DNA of 64,000 nt, from the NCBI GenBank assembly GCA_024653325.1, contig JANLFX010000005.1, positions 1 to 64,000 of the forward strand. Reading direction: 5' to 3'. Positions 31,110 through 40,586 of this stretch are shown here, piece after piece. The stretch's first letter is position 1; each line of letters starts with the position of its first letter. The notes beneath the pieces are model-generated. The model did not search any database, was not told the origin of the DNA, and saw only the letters and a program-made list of their open reading frames with translations. A program made the translations under genes and the position numbers. The DNA comes from Anaerolineae bacterium. Lineage in GTDB: Bacteria > Chloroflexota > Anaerolineae > JACIWR01.

Positions 31110-32054
31110 ATGTCACAAGAGGCGATCGTCAGTCAAAGGGCAGGACCGGCCACGGCGGTGGAAGCGGCGGCGGGTCTCAGGGATATATGGTGGCGGCGAA
31201 TATTATTTGTGCCTACCATTGGACTGTTGATACTGTTGGCTATTGTTCCGCTCATCTTTTCCCTGGGGGTCAGCCTGTTTAACTATTCTCTCGGGAGCAG
31301 GGCAATTTGGGTTGGGCTGCGCAACTACATCAACCTGTTCACTGACCCCCAATTTTGGCTGGCCACCCGCATCACCGTGCAATTCACTGTCGTGGCAGTT
31401 TCCATAGAGGTGGTGCTGGGCATCTTATTCGGCTTTGTGATGAATCAGCGCTTCACCGGCATGAGTGTCATCCGGTTGATCGTTTTCCTGCCGATGATGC
31501 TCGCCCCTTTTGTGGTAGGATTATTCTGGCGGTTTATGTTTGACCAGACCTTTGGGATCGTTGATTATCTGCTGACCCAGCTTGGCCTGCCAGCCATCCC
31601 CTGGCTGATTCATCCGTTTTGGGCTCGGGTTGCGGTAGTGATTGTAGATGTATGGCAATGGACCCCCTTCGTGACGCTGCTGGTTTTGGCTGGCTTAGGG
31701 ACGGTGCCGACCGATTTGTTGGAGGCGGCCACCCTTGATCGCGCCTCAAACTGGATGAAGTTTCGCCAGATTTACTGGCCTTATCTGCGCTTTCCCCTGC
31801 TGCTGGCATTGCTTTTCCGCTCCATTGACACATTGAAGATGTTCGACTTGCCTTTCATCCTGACGGGTGGTGGACCAGGGAATTACACTTCCACCCTCTC
31901 TATCCTGGGCTATCGCCAGCAGATCATGTTTTTCAACGTGGGCATGGCAGCGGCCATCTCCTGGGTGGTGGTGATTATCATCAACATTGTGACCAACATC
32001 CTGGTGAGGTTGATCACTCCGGCCAAAGCTGAACAGGTTCATACCGGTCTGTAG
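31110..32054 (+). CDS. Carbohydrate ABC transporter permease (MalF/UgpA-type)
   Basis: Six TM helices and an EAA-like loop 'LEAATLDRASNWMKFRQIYWPYL'. Confidence 0.75.
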   Translation: MSQEAIVSQRAGPATAVEAAAGLRDIWWRRILFVPTIGLLILLAIVPLIFSLGVSLFNYSLGSRAIWVGLRNYINLFTDPQFWLATRITVQFTVVAVSIEVVLGILFGFVMNQRFTGMSVIRLIVFLPMMLAPFVVGLFWRFMFDQTFGIVDYLLTQLGLPAIPWLIHPFWARVAVVIVDVWQWTPFVTLLVLAGLGTVPTDLLEAATLDRASNWMKFRQIYWPYLRFPLLLALLFRSIDTLKMFDLPFILTGGGPGNYTSTLSILGYRQQIMFFNVGMAAAISWVVVIIINIVTNILVRLITPAKAEQVHTGL

Positions 32055-32061
32055 AGGTGGC

Positions 32062-32877
32062 ATGATGAAGATTCTCAAACGGATACTTGGCATAGGTCTC
32101 GCTTTGTTTGTAGCCGCCCTCTTTCTTTTCCCACTACTGTGGGTTGTTCTGGCCTCGTTCAAGACCAAGCTGGAACTCCTGGCCGTTCCACCGGTGTTCA
32201 TTTTCAAGCCGACTTTGCAAAATTACATCAACGCCTTTCGTTCGGACTTTCCCATGCAGGTTCGCAACAGTCTGATCATCGCCGCCAGCTCCACGGTGAT
32301 CTCGATAATCCTGGGTAGCCTGACGGCATACGGATTTTCGCGCTACTCGATCAAGAGCAGCGATTTCCTCCAGTTCTGGATCCTTAGCCTGCGGATGTTG
32401 CCGGCCATCGCCGTGGTAGTGCCTTTCTACCTGGTCTTCCGCGCTCTCAAATTGCTCGATACGCACATCGCCTTGATCCTGGTTTATTGTCTGACCAACA
32501 TCTCGTTCGCGGTGTGGGTGATGAAAGGGTTTTTCGACGAGATACCCCTGGAACTGGAAGAGGCAGCTATGCTCGATGGCTACTCGCCGCCGCAGGTGTT
32601 CCTGCGCGTAGCCTTGCCGCTGGCCCGGGCCGGCCTGGCCACGACGACCATTTTCTGCCTCATCCAATCCCTGAATGAGTTCTTGCTCGCCGTATCGTTG
32701 ACCACCCGGGTGGCGGAAACAGCTCCTGTGGGCCTGTCAAAGGTGCAGACGTTGATGGGGGTGGATTGGGGGCTTTTATCGGCAGCTTCCGTTATCTTCA
32801 TGATTCCAATTATCATTTTCACCATTATCGTTCGAAACGAGTTGGTCCGGGGCATGAGCTTCGGGCGCATGAAGTGA
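32062..32877 (+). CDS. Carbohydrate ABC transporter permease (MalG/UgpE-type)
   Basis: EAA loop 'LEEAAMLDGYSPPQVFLRVALPLA'. Confidence 0.8.
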   Translation: MMKILKRILGIGLALFVAALFLFPLLWVVLASFKTKLELLAVPPVFIFKPTLQNYINAFRSDFPMQVRNSLIIAASSTVISIILGSLTAYGFSRYSIKSSDFLQFWILSLRMLPAIAVVVPFYLVFRALKLLDTHIALILVYCLTNISFAVWVMKGFFDEIPLELEEAAMLDGYSPPQVFLRVALPLARAGLATTTIFCLIQSLNEFLLAVSLTTRVAETAPVGLSKVQTLMGVDWGLLSAASVIFMIPIIIFTIIVRNELVRGMSFGRMK

Positions 32878-32898
32878 GTTTGCATCGGGAGGATTTCT

Positions 32899-33999
32899 GT
32901 GGCGCGTCTTGAGCTGGAGCAACTGGATTGTTGGTATGGCAAGACCCACGCTGTGGATTGCATTAACCTGGTGGTGGAGGATGGGGAGCTGTGCGTGCTG
33001 CTGGGGCCTTCTGGCTGCGGTAAGACCTCGACCCTGCGGATGATCGCTGGCTTTGTCCAACCTGCTGGCGGAGAGATCTATCTGGATGGCCAGCCCATCA
33101 GTCACTTATATCCCGGGGATCGCAATATTGCCATGGTATTTCAGAGCTACGCCCTTTATCCCCACAAGACTGTCCGCGAGCATTTTGTGTTTCCCCTCAT
33201 CCCGGCCAAGATACCCGGACCGGAGATTGAAGAGCGGGTGAAAGAGATGGCGGACTTCCTGGACATGCACGACCTGCTGGATCGTTACCCCAGCGAGCTG
33301 AGCGCTGGTCAACAGCAACGTGTGGCCATTGGCCGGGCCCTGATCCGCCGTCCCCGGCTTTTCCTTTTGGATGAACCGCTGAACAACCTGGACGAGCATC
33401 TGCGGGTGGAGATGCGGGCCAACCTGCGCCGCATGCAGCAGGACCTGAAAATCACCACGGTCTACGTCACCCACGACCAGGTGGAAGCTCAGGCCCTGGG
33501 AGACAAAATCGTGGTGATGGACATGGGCCACATTCGGCAGATAGGATCGCCCCAAGAGGTATATCTGTATCCCAATGATTTATTTGTGGCCGGGTTCATC
33601 GGTACGCCGCCGATGAATTTCATTCCTTGTCGGCTGGAAAGAATGGAATCGCAGGTTGTGCTGCACAATTCGCATTTCTCCCTGCCGCTTCGAGGGAATC
33701 TTGTGGCACGCACCGCCTCGCTCCCCGATGGCCAGGAGTTGATCCTGGGCGTTCGTCCAGAGCACCTTCGTGTGAGGTCGCAACCCGCCGAGGGAACCAT
33801 GCCGGTAGAGATTTACGTGCTGGAGCCACAAAGTAACGAGCTCATCCTGGACTTGAAGCTGGGTGATTTGCTCATCAAAGCCCGAAATGACAAACGGGAA
33901 TTCGACTTCAGGCCCGAAGTAGGCCAGCAAGTATGGGTCGAGTTTTTGCAGGACTACGTGCACCTCTTTGATAAAGGAACGGAACAGCGGCTGGCTTAG
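32899..33999 (+). CDS. ABC transporter ATP-binding protein, MalK/UgpC-like (copy 1)
   Basis: Walker A 'GPSGCGKTST', signature 'LSAGQQQRVAIGRAL', Walker B 'LFLLDEPL' and a C-terminal TOBE-like regulatory domain. Confidence 0.8.
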   Translation: MARLELEQLDCWYGKTHAVDCINLVVEDGELCVLLGPSGCGKTSTLRMIAGFVQPAGGEIYLDGQPISHLYPGDRNIAMVFQSYALYPHKTVREHFVFPLIPAKIPGPEIEERVKEMADFLDMHDLLDRYPSELSAGQQQRVAIGRALIRRPRLFLLDEPLNNLDEHLRVEMRANLRRMQQDLKITTVYVTHDQVEAQALGDKIVVMDMGHIRQIGSPQEVYLYPNDLFVAGFIGTPPMNFIPCRLERMESQVVLHNSHFSLPLRGNLVARTASLPDGQELILGVRPEHLRVRSQPAEGTMPVEIYVLEPQSNELILDLKLGDLLIKARNDKREFDFRPEVGQQVWVEFLQDYVHLFDKGTEQRLA

Positions 34000-34049
34000 A
34001 AAATGTATCGCCATTCGCTATTCGCTATTCGGATTTACCGGAGGAGAAA

Positions 34050-35150
34050 GTGGCAGAGGTCAAGGTTGAGAATGTCTCGGTGCGGTTTGGCCGTAACCTG
34101 GTATTGAAAGAAGCCAGTTTTCAGGTGGCCGACGGTGAACTGTGCGTCATCGTCGGGCCGTCTGGGTGTGGAAAGACCGTCCTGCTCAGAACAGTGGCCG
34201 GATTGACCCGGCCATTGGAGGGGAACATTTATTTTGACGGTAAGCTGGTGAACGATGTGGCTCCCAGCCATCGCGATGTGGCCATGTGTTTCCAGACCTA
34301 TGCTCTTTATCCTTACATGACTGTGCGCCAAAACTGGGAGTTCCCGTTGCGGGCGGTCAATCTGGCTAAAGAGGAGATTCAACAACGAGTGGCCAAGGTC
34401 ATGGAATTGACCCACATGGAACCCTTGATGAACCGTTACCCCAGGGAACTTTCGGGTGGACAGCAACAGCGGGTGGCTCTGGGCCGGGCCCTGGTCCGTC
34501 GCCCTCGCGTCTTCCTGCTCGACGAGCCCTTCGGCAACCTGGATGCGAAATTGCGGGTCGAGTTGCGGGCTACGGTGAAAAGGCTGCAAATGGACCTGGG
34601 CATCACTACCCTGCACGTCACTCACGACCAGGTTGAGGCCCAGGCGATGGGCGACAAAATAGTCGTCATGGCTATGGGTACTGTTCAGCAGGTGGGCACG
34701 CCGGAGGAAATTTACGAGCAACCGGCCAACCTGTTCGTCGCCGGGTTCTTCGGCACACCCAGAATGAATTTCATCCCTTGCGAACTCAAACGCGATGGGG
34801 GACGGCTTTTCTTCGTCCATCCGGCTTTCACTTTACCGGTGCCCCCGCACCAGGTGGCTGCTGTGGAAGCGGGTATCAGTGACACGGGCCTCATTCTGGG
34901 CATTCGCCCGGAGAACGTGTCCATTTCTGCTTCACCGCAGCCCGATGCGATCCCGGTCGAGGTCTACGTGCTGGAACCGCAAAGCAATGAGCTTATTGTG
35001 GATCTGGCCTTCGGTGATATGATCCTGAAATCGCGTGCCGACCGGGACGAACTCGGGTTCGAGCCGAGGCTGAACCAGAAAGTTTACGCCAGGTTTGCCA
35101 GCGATTTCATTCACGTCTTTGACCGCGAATCTCAGCTACGGATCGCCTGA
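34050..35150 (+). CDS. ABC transporter ATP-binding protein, MalK/UgpC-like (copy 2)
   Basis: Walker A 'GPSGCGKTVL', signature 'LSGGQQQRVALGRAL', Walker B 'VFLLDEPF'. Paralogous to the upstream ATPase. Confidence 0.8.
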   Translation: MAEVKVENVSVRFGRNLVLKEASFQVADGELCVIVGPSGCGKTVLLRTVAGLTRPLEGNIYFDGKLVNDVAPSHRDVAMCFQTYALYPYMTVRQNWEFPLRAVNLAKEEIQQRVAKVMELTHMEPLMNRYPRELSGGQQQRVALGRALVRRPRVFLLDEPFGNLDAKLRVELRATVKRLQMDLGITTLHVTHDQVEAQAMGDKIVVMAMGTVQQVGTPEEIYEQPANLFVAGFFGTPRMNFIPCELKRDGGRLFFVHPAFTLPVPPHQVAAVEAGISDTGLILGIRPENVSISASPQPDAIPVEVYVLEPQSNELIVDLAFGDMILKSRADRDELGFEPRLNQKVYARFASDFIHVFDRESQLRIA

Positions 35151-35321
35151 CACCCCATCCTGTTCAGTTTTACAGGAGTTACATAGAGCAGCAACTGTTT
35201 ATTCTGGTCTGATGATGCACGAGGGAAAGGGGGGATGCCTATCGCTCAAAGGCCACTCGATTTGTGAAGTCAATGAAGGCGTATTTAATGAATCGGCGCT
35301 TTGAACAAGGAGGAGTTAGAA

Positions 35322-36863
35322 ATGCACACCAGGAGAATAGCTGCGTTTTCGGTTTTTGTGGTGTTGGCTATGGTGCTGGCGAGCTGCGCCACGCCGACGC
35401 CAGAGAAGATCATCGTCACCCAGCCCCCGGTCGAGGTGACTCGTATTGTGGCCGGCACACCGGAGACCATCGTCGTCACTGCCACACCTGCACCGGTGAA
35501 GGAAGAGGTCACCCTGCGTATCCTGAGCCTGGCCTGGCCGCAGACGCCGGTGGAGCAGGAACTCGCCAACAAGTACTTCACTCCTCAGACGGGCATAAAG
35601 GTGGAGATCACCGGTCCGCCCTACGAATTCGTCGAGTCGAAGGTGCGCGAGATCTGCGCCTCGCAGAGCTCCGAGTACGATCTCTTCGAGTACGACAGCC
35701 AGTGGTACGGTGGGGCCATCATGAACGGCTGCTTCGAACAGTTGGACCCATACTTCAAGAAGGACGGCCTTGACTATGACTCCACGTTTGTGCAGCCGTA
35801 TGCTACCTACAACGGCCGCTGGCCCGTGCCCGTCGGCGTGTTGACCGGCGAACTGGACTGGAAAGACTACACCGATGTGCCGCTCTACTTCATCCCCTGG
35901 ACCATCGGCACCATGATTCTCAGCTACCAGCCAGACCTGTTTGTGGAAGCCGGTATCGTGGACGCGGAGGGAAAGGCCAAACCACCGGACACCTGGGAAG
36001 AGTTTCTGGAAGACGCCAAGGCCCTCACCGTGGACGTGAATGGGAACAACTTGCGGGACAACCCCGACAAATTTGATCCCAAGAACGTGAAGCGCTACGG
36101 CCTGGGCTGGTATGCCTGCCGCATCAGCGACGGCGTCACCCAGCAATGGCTGCCTTTCCACGTCTCCTACGGGGCCAGGTTCTGGGATGAAAACACCTGG
36201 CAGGCGGAAGGCATCATCAACTCCCCCGAGGCGGTTCAGGGTTGCGAGATGTTCGCCCGCTTCTACAAGGAGGGTGTGGTAGATCCGGCCACGGCCACCT
36301 GGTTCGTGAGCGAGATTCTGGGTGCGGCCCAGACTGACAAGTTCGCCATGTCCTTCACCTGGGTCAGCTTCGCCGGTGCTTACGACGACCCCTCCGTCTC
36401 CCAGACCGCCGGCAAGTGGGCCTATGCTCCCTTCCCTGGCCACCAGTTGCCTGACGGCACCATCAGGCGCGCTGCCACCTACGGTTCCCAGGGTATGGGT
36501 ATCAACGCCTTCTCCAAGCAGAAGGAAGCCGCCTGGGAGTACATGAAGTGGTACATGTCGCCTGAGGTCCAGAAGATGCTGGTGGATGACAAGCGAGCCG
36601 GCTTCGCCTCCGCCCGCGTGGACCTGCTGGATTATCAGATGGTACCCGGCACCGCCAAGTGGGCCTCGCTGACCAGCATCATCGAGGGCTATGGCTTCGA
36701 CGTCTGGACCTACCCCGAGTACGCCCAGTTACTCGACATCCAGCAGAACTACATGAACCTGGCCTACATCGGGCAGATCGGGTGTAAAGAGGCCCTGGAC
36801 CAGATCGCCGTATTGCAGCAGCGCATCCTGGACACCAGCCCCAACAATCCCAAGAACAAGTAG
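35322..36863 (+). CDS. ABC transporter extracellular solute-binding lipoprotein (family 1, sugar)
   Basis: Lipobox 'LASCATPTP' with a Pro/Thr linker. Size and adjacency to the permeases support the call. AAGGAGG RBS before the chosen ATG. Confidence 0.7.
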   Translation: MHTRRIAAFSVFVVLAMVLASCATPTPEKIIVTQPPVEVTRIVAGTPETIVVTATPAPVKEEVTLRILSLAWPQTPVEQELANKYFTPQTGIKVEITGPPYEFVESKVREICASQSSEYDLFEYDSQWYGGAIMNGCFEQLDPYFKKDGLDYDSTFVQPYATYNGRWPVPVGVLTGELDWKDYTDVPLYFIPWTIGTMILSYQPDLFVEAGIVDAEGKAKPPDTWEEFLEDAKALTVDVNGNNLRDNPDKFDPKNVKRYGLGWYACRISDGVTQQWLPFHVSYGARFWDENTWQAEGIINSPEAVQGCEMFARFYKEGVVDPATATWFVSEILGAAQTDKFAMSFTWVSFAGAYDDPSVSQTAGKWAYAPFPGHQLPDGTIRRAATYGSQGMGINAFSKQKEAAWEYMKWYMSPEVQKMLVDDKRAGFASARVDLLDYQMVPGTAKWASLTSIIEGYGFDVWTYPEYAQLLDIQQNYMNLAYIGQIGCKEALDQIAVLQQRILDTSPNNPKNK

Positions 36864-36937
36864 CCTGTGTACAAAATTCGGGTAGACAGGGGATCACCCC
36901 TGTCTACCCTTCTCCCTTTCGCGAAAGGAGACTTCGA

Positions 36938-38041
36938 ATGGCTAACAAGGGCAAGGTCAAAGTCGGAATTATTGGCTCACAATTCGAAGCGGATATTCAT
37001 GCTGCCTCTTTTCAGATTATGCCGGAGGAAGCCGAGGTCGTGGCTGTGGCCTCGCCGACGCCCGGTCACCCCGAAGCATTGGCCAAGAAGTACGGTATTC
37101 CCCGCGTCTTCCATGACTACCGTGAGATGCTCAAAGAAAAAGACATCGAGATGGTCACCATTGCCGCGCCGAACTATCTGCACGCGCAGATGACCATTGA
37201 TATCGCCAAGGCCGGTAAGCACGTGGTCTGCGAAAAGCCGCTGTGCATGACGTTAGAAGAAGCCGATGAAATGATTGAAACCTGCAAAAAGCAGGGCGTG
37301 TTGCTCATGTATGCCGAGGAGCTATTCTTCACCCCCAAATACGTCAAAGCCAAAGAGATGGCCGCCCAGGGTGCTTTCGGCAAGGTGTACCTGGTGAAGC
37401 AGAGCGAGAAGCATTTCGGCCCCCATGCCCCCTGGTTCTGGGATGTGGAACGCTCCGGCGGCGGTGTTTTCATGGACATGGGCTGTCATGGCATCGCCTT
37501 CTGCTACTGGTTCCTGGATCGCCCGGCCATCAAGTCCGTTCTGTGCCAGATGGGCACTTACGTGCACGGCGAGATCACCAAAGGCGAGGACAACAGCATC
37601 TGCATCATCGAGTTCGAGAATGGCGCTGTCGGTCTGGTTGAAGATAGCTGGGCACGGCGCGGCGGCATGGACGACCGTATCGAGGTCTACGGTGAGGGGG
37701 GCGTGACCTACGCCAACCTGCACATGGGCAATGCCCTGCCCACGTACAGTGAATACGGCTACGGCTACGCTGTGGAAAAAGCCCCCAGCACCAAAGGCTG
37801 GAGCTATCCTGTCTTTGAAGAACTGTGGAATTACGGCTTCCCACAAGAGATGGCCCACTTTGCCCGTTGCGTGCGGGGCAAGGAGGAGCCCATTGCGACC
37901 GGCGAGGATGGCCGCGTGGTGCAGGAAGTGCTTTACGCCGGATACGAATCGGCGCGCACCGGTTGCAAGGTCCAACTGCCTTTCCGCCCCAAGGGGGTGA
38001 AGAGACCCATTGATTTGTGGTTCGCACCTCACGGGGGTTAA
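36938..38041 (+). CDS. Gfo/Idh/MocA-family oxidoreductase
   Basis: 'VGIIGSQFEADIHAASF...' Rossmann N-terminus and 'EKPLCMT' motif. Confidence 0.75.
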   Translation: MANKGKVKVGIIGSQFEADIHAASFQIMPEEAEVVAVASPTPGHPEALAKKYGIPRVFHDYREMLKEKDIEMVTIAAPNYLHAQMTIDIAKAGKHVVCEKPLCMTLEEADEMIETCKKQGVLLMYAEELFFTPKYVKAKEMAAQGAFGKVYLVKQSEKHFGPHAPWFWDVERSGGGVFMDMGCHGIAFCYWFLDRPAIKSVLCQMGTYVHGEITKGEDNSICIIEFENGAVGLVEDSWARRGGMDDRIEVYGEGGVTYANLHMGNALPTYSEYGYGYAVEKAPSTKGWSYPVFEELWNYGFPQEMAHFARCVRGKEEPIATGEDGRVVQEVLYAGYESARTGCKVQLPFRPKGVKRPIDLWFAPHGG

Positions 38042-38044
38042 CCA

Positions 38045-39472
38045 ATGCTCAATCCATGGGCAGTGCTGACTCAGCATGACATCGAATCTATCCACCACAC
38101 CTCCCTTGCTATCCTGCGCGATGTAGGGGTGAGTCTGCCCAATCAAGAGGTCCTGGAGGCCCTGGCCGGAGCCGGCGCTGACGTGGACTTCAACCACCAG
38201 GTCGCCCGCATCCCTGAGCGCCTGGTGGTTGACTCTGTCGAACGGGCAGGCAAACAGTACATCCTCTATGGCCGTGATCCCAACCGTACCGCTCGCTTCG
38301 GCTATGGTGATTTCGTCCTGGTCTCCAGCCCGGGCCAGTTTGCCTGGGTGGATGAGGATGGCGGCCCGCGCCGACAGCCCACCCAGGAGGACGCGCGCGC
38401 CGGTATTCTTGTCAGTGACGCACTGGAGCACATTGACATCGTCGGGGCCATGGGCATGCCCCTGGACATCCCCGCCGAGTACCGCGACGTGTGGATGGCT
38501 GCCGAATTGGTCAAAAACTCGACCAAGCCCACCCACGTGTGGGTGGCGAACGGCAGGTCGCTGGAGTACATCCTGCGCATCTACGAGGCGGTGAGCGGCG
38601 GCCGCCAGGCTCACCGCCAACGCCCGATGATCGCCGCCTTTATCGAACCTATCAGCCCACTCCGCTTCCCCGAGACCGGGCTCGAAATTCTCATCACCTG
38701 TGCCCGCTATGGCTTGCCTATCGCCTTCGGGCCCATGGTCCAGGCCGGGGCTACAGGTCCGGCTACCCTGGCCGGTACGTTAGCCCTGGAGAATGCGGAG
38801 ATACTGGCCGGAATCGTTCTGGCCCAACTTTTCGGGCCGGGTGTGCCGGTGTGCTACGGCGGCATACCGCACATCATGGACATGCGCTCCTCGCAGATCA
38901 GCTTCGGTGCGCCGGAGCAGGGGTTGATGGCCGTGGCCATGACCCAGATAGCGCGCTATTATGGGCTACCGGTGTACATCAACGTCGGTCTTTCCGACAG
39001 CAAACGGGTGGATATTCAATCCGGCCTGGAACGGGGGATGACCTTGCTGATGGGGGCCCTGGCTGGGGCCGACACCTTTGGGCACATGGGTATCCTGGGC
39101 GCTGACCAGGCCGCCAGTCTGGAGCAGCTCATCGTGGACAATGAGATGGCTGCTTACATCAAACGTATCCTGCGGGGATTCGAGGTCAATGAGGATACTC
39201 TGGCCCTGGATGTGATCCGCAAGGTAGGCATCGGGGGCAACTTCTTGGGAGAAGCACACACTCGCCAGCATTTCCGGCAAGAGCTATGGTTCCCCACCAC
39301 CTTCGACCGGCGGCGCTGGGATGAGTGGTGGGCCGCCGGGGCCAGGTCCATGGCCGATTGGGCGCACGAGCGCAAAACGCAGATTCTGGCCGAACACCGT
39401 CCGCCGTCATTAACACTGGAACTGACCCGCGAGCTTGACGACATCGTCGCTGCTGCCCGGCGTGAAAGGTGA
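38045..39472 (+). CDS. MttB-superfamily (trimethylamine methyltransferase-like, non-Pyl) methyltransferase
   Basis: N-terminus 'LTQHDIESIHHTSLAILRDVGV' and overall ~475 aa TIM-barrel pattern match the MttB family. No in-frame amber codon seen. Confidence 0.55.
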   Translation: MLNPWAVLTQHDIESIHHTSLAILRDVGVSLPNQEVLEALAGAGADVDFNHQVARIPERLVVDSVERAGKQYILYGRDPNRTARFGYGDFVLVSSPGQFAWVDEDGGPRRQPTQEDARAGILVSDALEHIDIVGAMGMPLDIPAEYRDVWMAAELVKNSTKPTHVWVANGRSLEYILRIYEAVSGGRQAHRQRPMIAAFIEPISPLRFPETGLEILITCARYGLPIAFGPMVQAGATGPATLAGTLALENAEILAGIVLAQLFGPGVPVCYGGIPHIMDMRSSQISFGAPEQGLMAVAMTQIARYYGLPVYINVGLSDSKRVDIQSGLERGMTLLMGALAGADTFGHMGILGADQAASLEQLIVDNEMAAYIKRILRGFEVNEDTLALDVIRKVGIGGNFLGEAHTRQHFRQELWFPTTFDRRRWDEWWAAGARSMADWAHERKTQILAEHRPPSLTLELTRELDDIVAAARRER

Positions 39473-39592
39473 GCAGTTAATGGGCCGTGGGGGGACTCAC
39501 GCTCCTGGCCGGTCTCTCGACTGACCAGGGGGCACGGTCGGGAGACCGCGCCCAGCAATTTATCAATTCGATATAATCGGGGGCGTTTTTTT

Positions 39593-40579
39593 ATGACTCA
39601 ACCAGTTCACTTTATTGGAGTGGACCTGGGCGGGACGACAATCACTGGTGGAGCGGTTAATGTCGTGTCTGGCCAGGTCCTCGGTCGCCAACAAATTCCC
39701 ACGCTGGCCAAAGAAGGCCACGATGCGGTCATGGCCCGCATGGTGGATTTAGTCCACACCATCATAGCCGATGCTGCCCTGAGCAAAGAGGACATCGGGG
39801 GTATCGGGGTGGGCCTGCCAGGCGTGTTGGACATGGAACGGGGCATAACCCTGTTTCTACCGAACTTACCCGGCGCCTGGCGCAACGTTCCACTGAAAGC
39901 AACCATGGAGGCTGGTACCGGGCTTCCCACCTACATGCTCAACGATGTGCGCTCTTTCACTCTGGGCGAGAAGACCTTCGGCGCCGGGCGTGAGGTGCAT
40001 ACCATGTTCGGCCTGGCCATCGGCACGGGCATTGGCGGAGGAATGGTGATCAACGGGCAATTGCACCTGGGCCTTGATGGAACGGCTGGAGAGGTAGGGC
40101 ATCAGATTATTGACCCGTATGGCCCGCCCTGTGGGTGCGGCAGTCACGGTTGTTTGGAAGCCTTCGCCAGTGGTCCGGCCATCACTGCCATGGCCCTCAA
40201 AGCTATCACCCAGGGCCTGACTACCAAAATCGCCGAGATGGTTGATTACGATCTGAATAAGGTCACGCCGGAGATCGTTTGCCGCGCAGCCCAGGCCGGA
40301 GACCCTATCGCTATAGACATCTACGAGCGGGCCGGTTTCTACATCGGCGTGGGGGTGGCCAATCTGATCACCATCATCAGCCCGCAGATGGTAGTGATCG
40401 GCGGTGGGGTGGCCCAGGCCGGCGAGCTGCTCTTCGCCCCTATCCGCCGCACGGTGCAGGAGCGCGTCCACGTTACACCGTTGGAAAAAGTGCAAATCGT
40501 GCCCGCCCAACTAGGCACCAGTGCCGGTTTGATCGGGGCGGCGGTGTGGGCCTCCTTACAAACAGCGCTAGGGAAGTAA
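39593..40579 (+). CDS. ROK-family sugar kinase (no HTH)
   Basis: 'IGVDLGGTTI', 'GIGGGMVINGQ' and Zn motif 'CGCGSHGCLE' fit the ROK glucokinase-like family. Confidence 0.7.
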   Translation: MTQPVHFIGVDLGGTTITGGAVNVVSGQVLGRQQIPTLAKEGHDAVMARMVDLVHTIIADAALSKEDIGGIGVGLPGVLDMERGITLFLPNLPGAWRNVPLKATMEAGTGLPTYMLNDVRSFTLGEKTFGAGREVHTMFGLAIGTGIGGGMVINGQLHLGLDGTAGEVGHQIIDPYGPPCGCGSHGCLEAFASGPAITAMALKAITQGLTTKIAEMVDYDLNKVTPEIVCRAAQAGDPIAIDIYERAGFYIGVGVANLITIISPQMVVIGGGVAQAGELLFAPIRRTVQERVHVTPLEKVQIVPAQLGTSAGLIGAAVWASLQTALGK

Positions 40580-40586
40580 CCAGGTC

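Noticed and set aside
35316-36443. 375 aa minus-strand ORF
   Set aside because: Antisense to the solute-binding protein gene, which has a lipobox and lies in an ABC operon. No motifs.
37322-38620. 432 aa minus-strand ORF
   Set aside because: Antisense to a Gfo/Idh/MocA gene and the MttB-family gene, both with clear family motifs. A long open antisense frame is typical of high GC.
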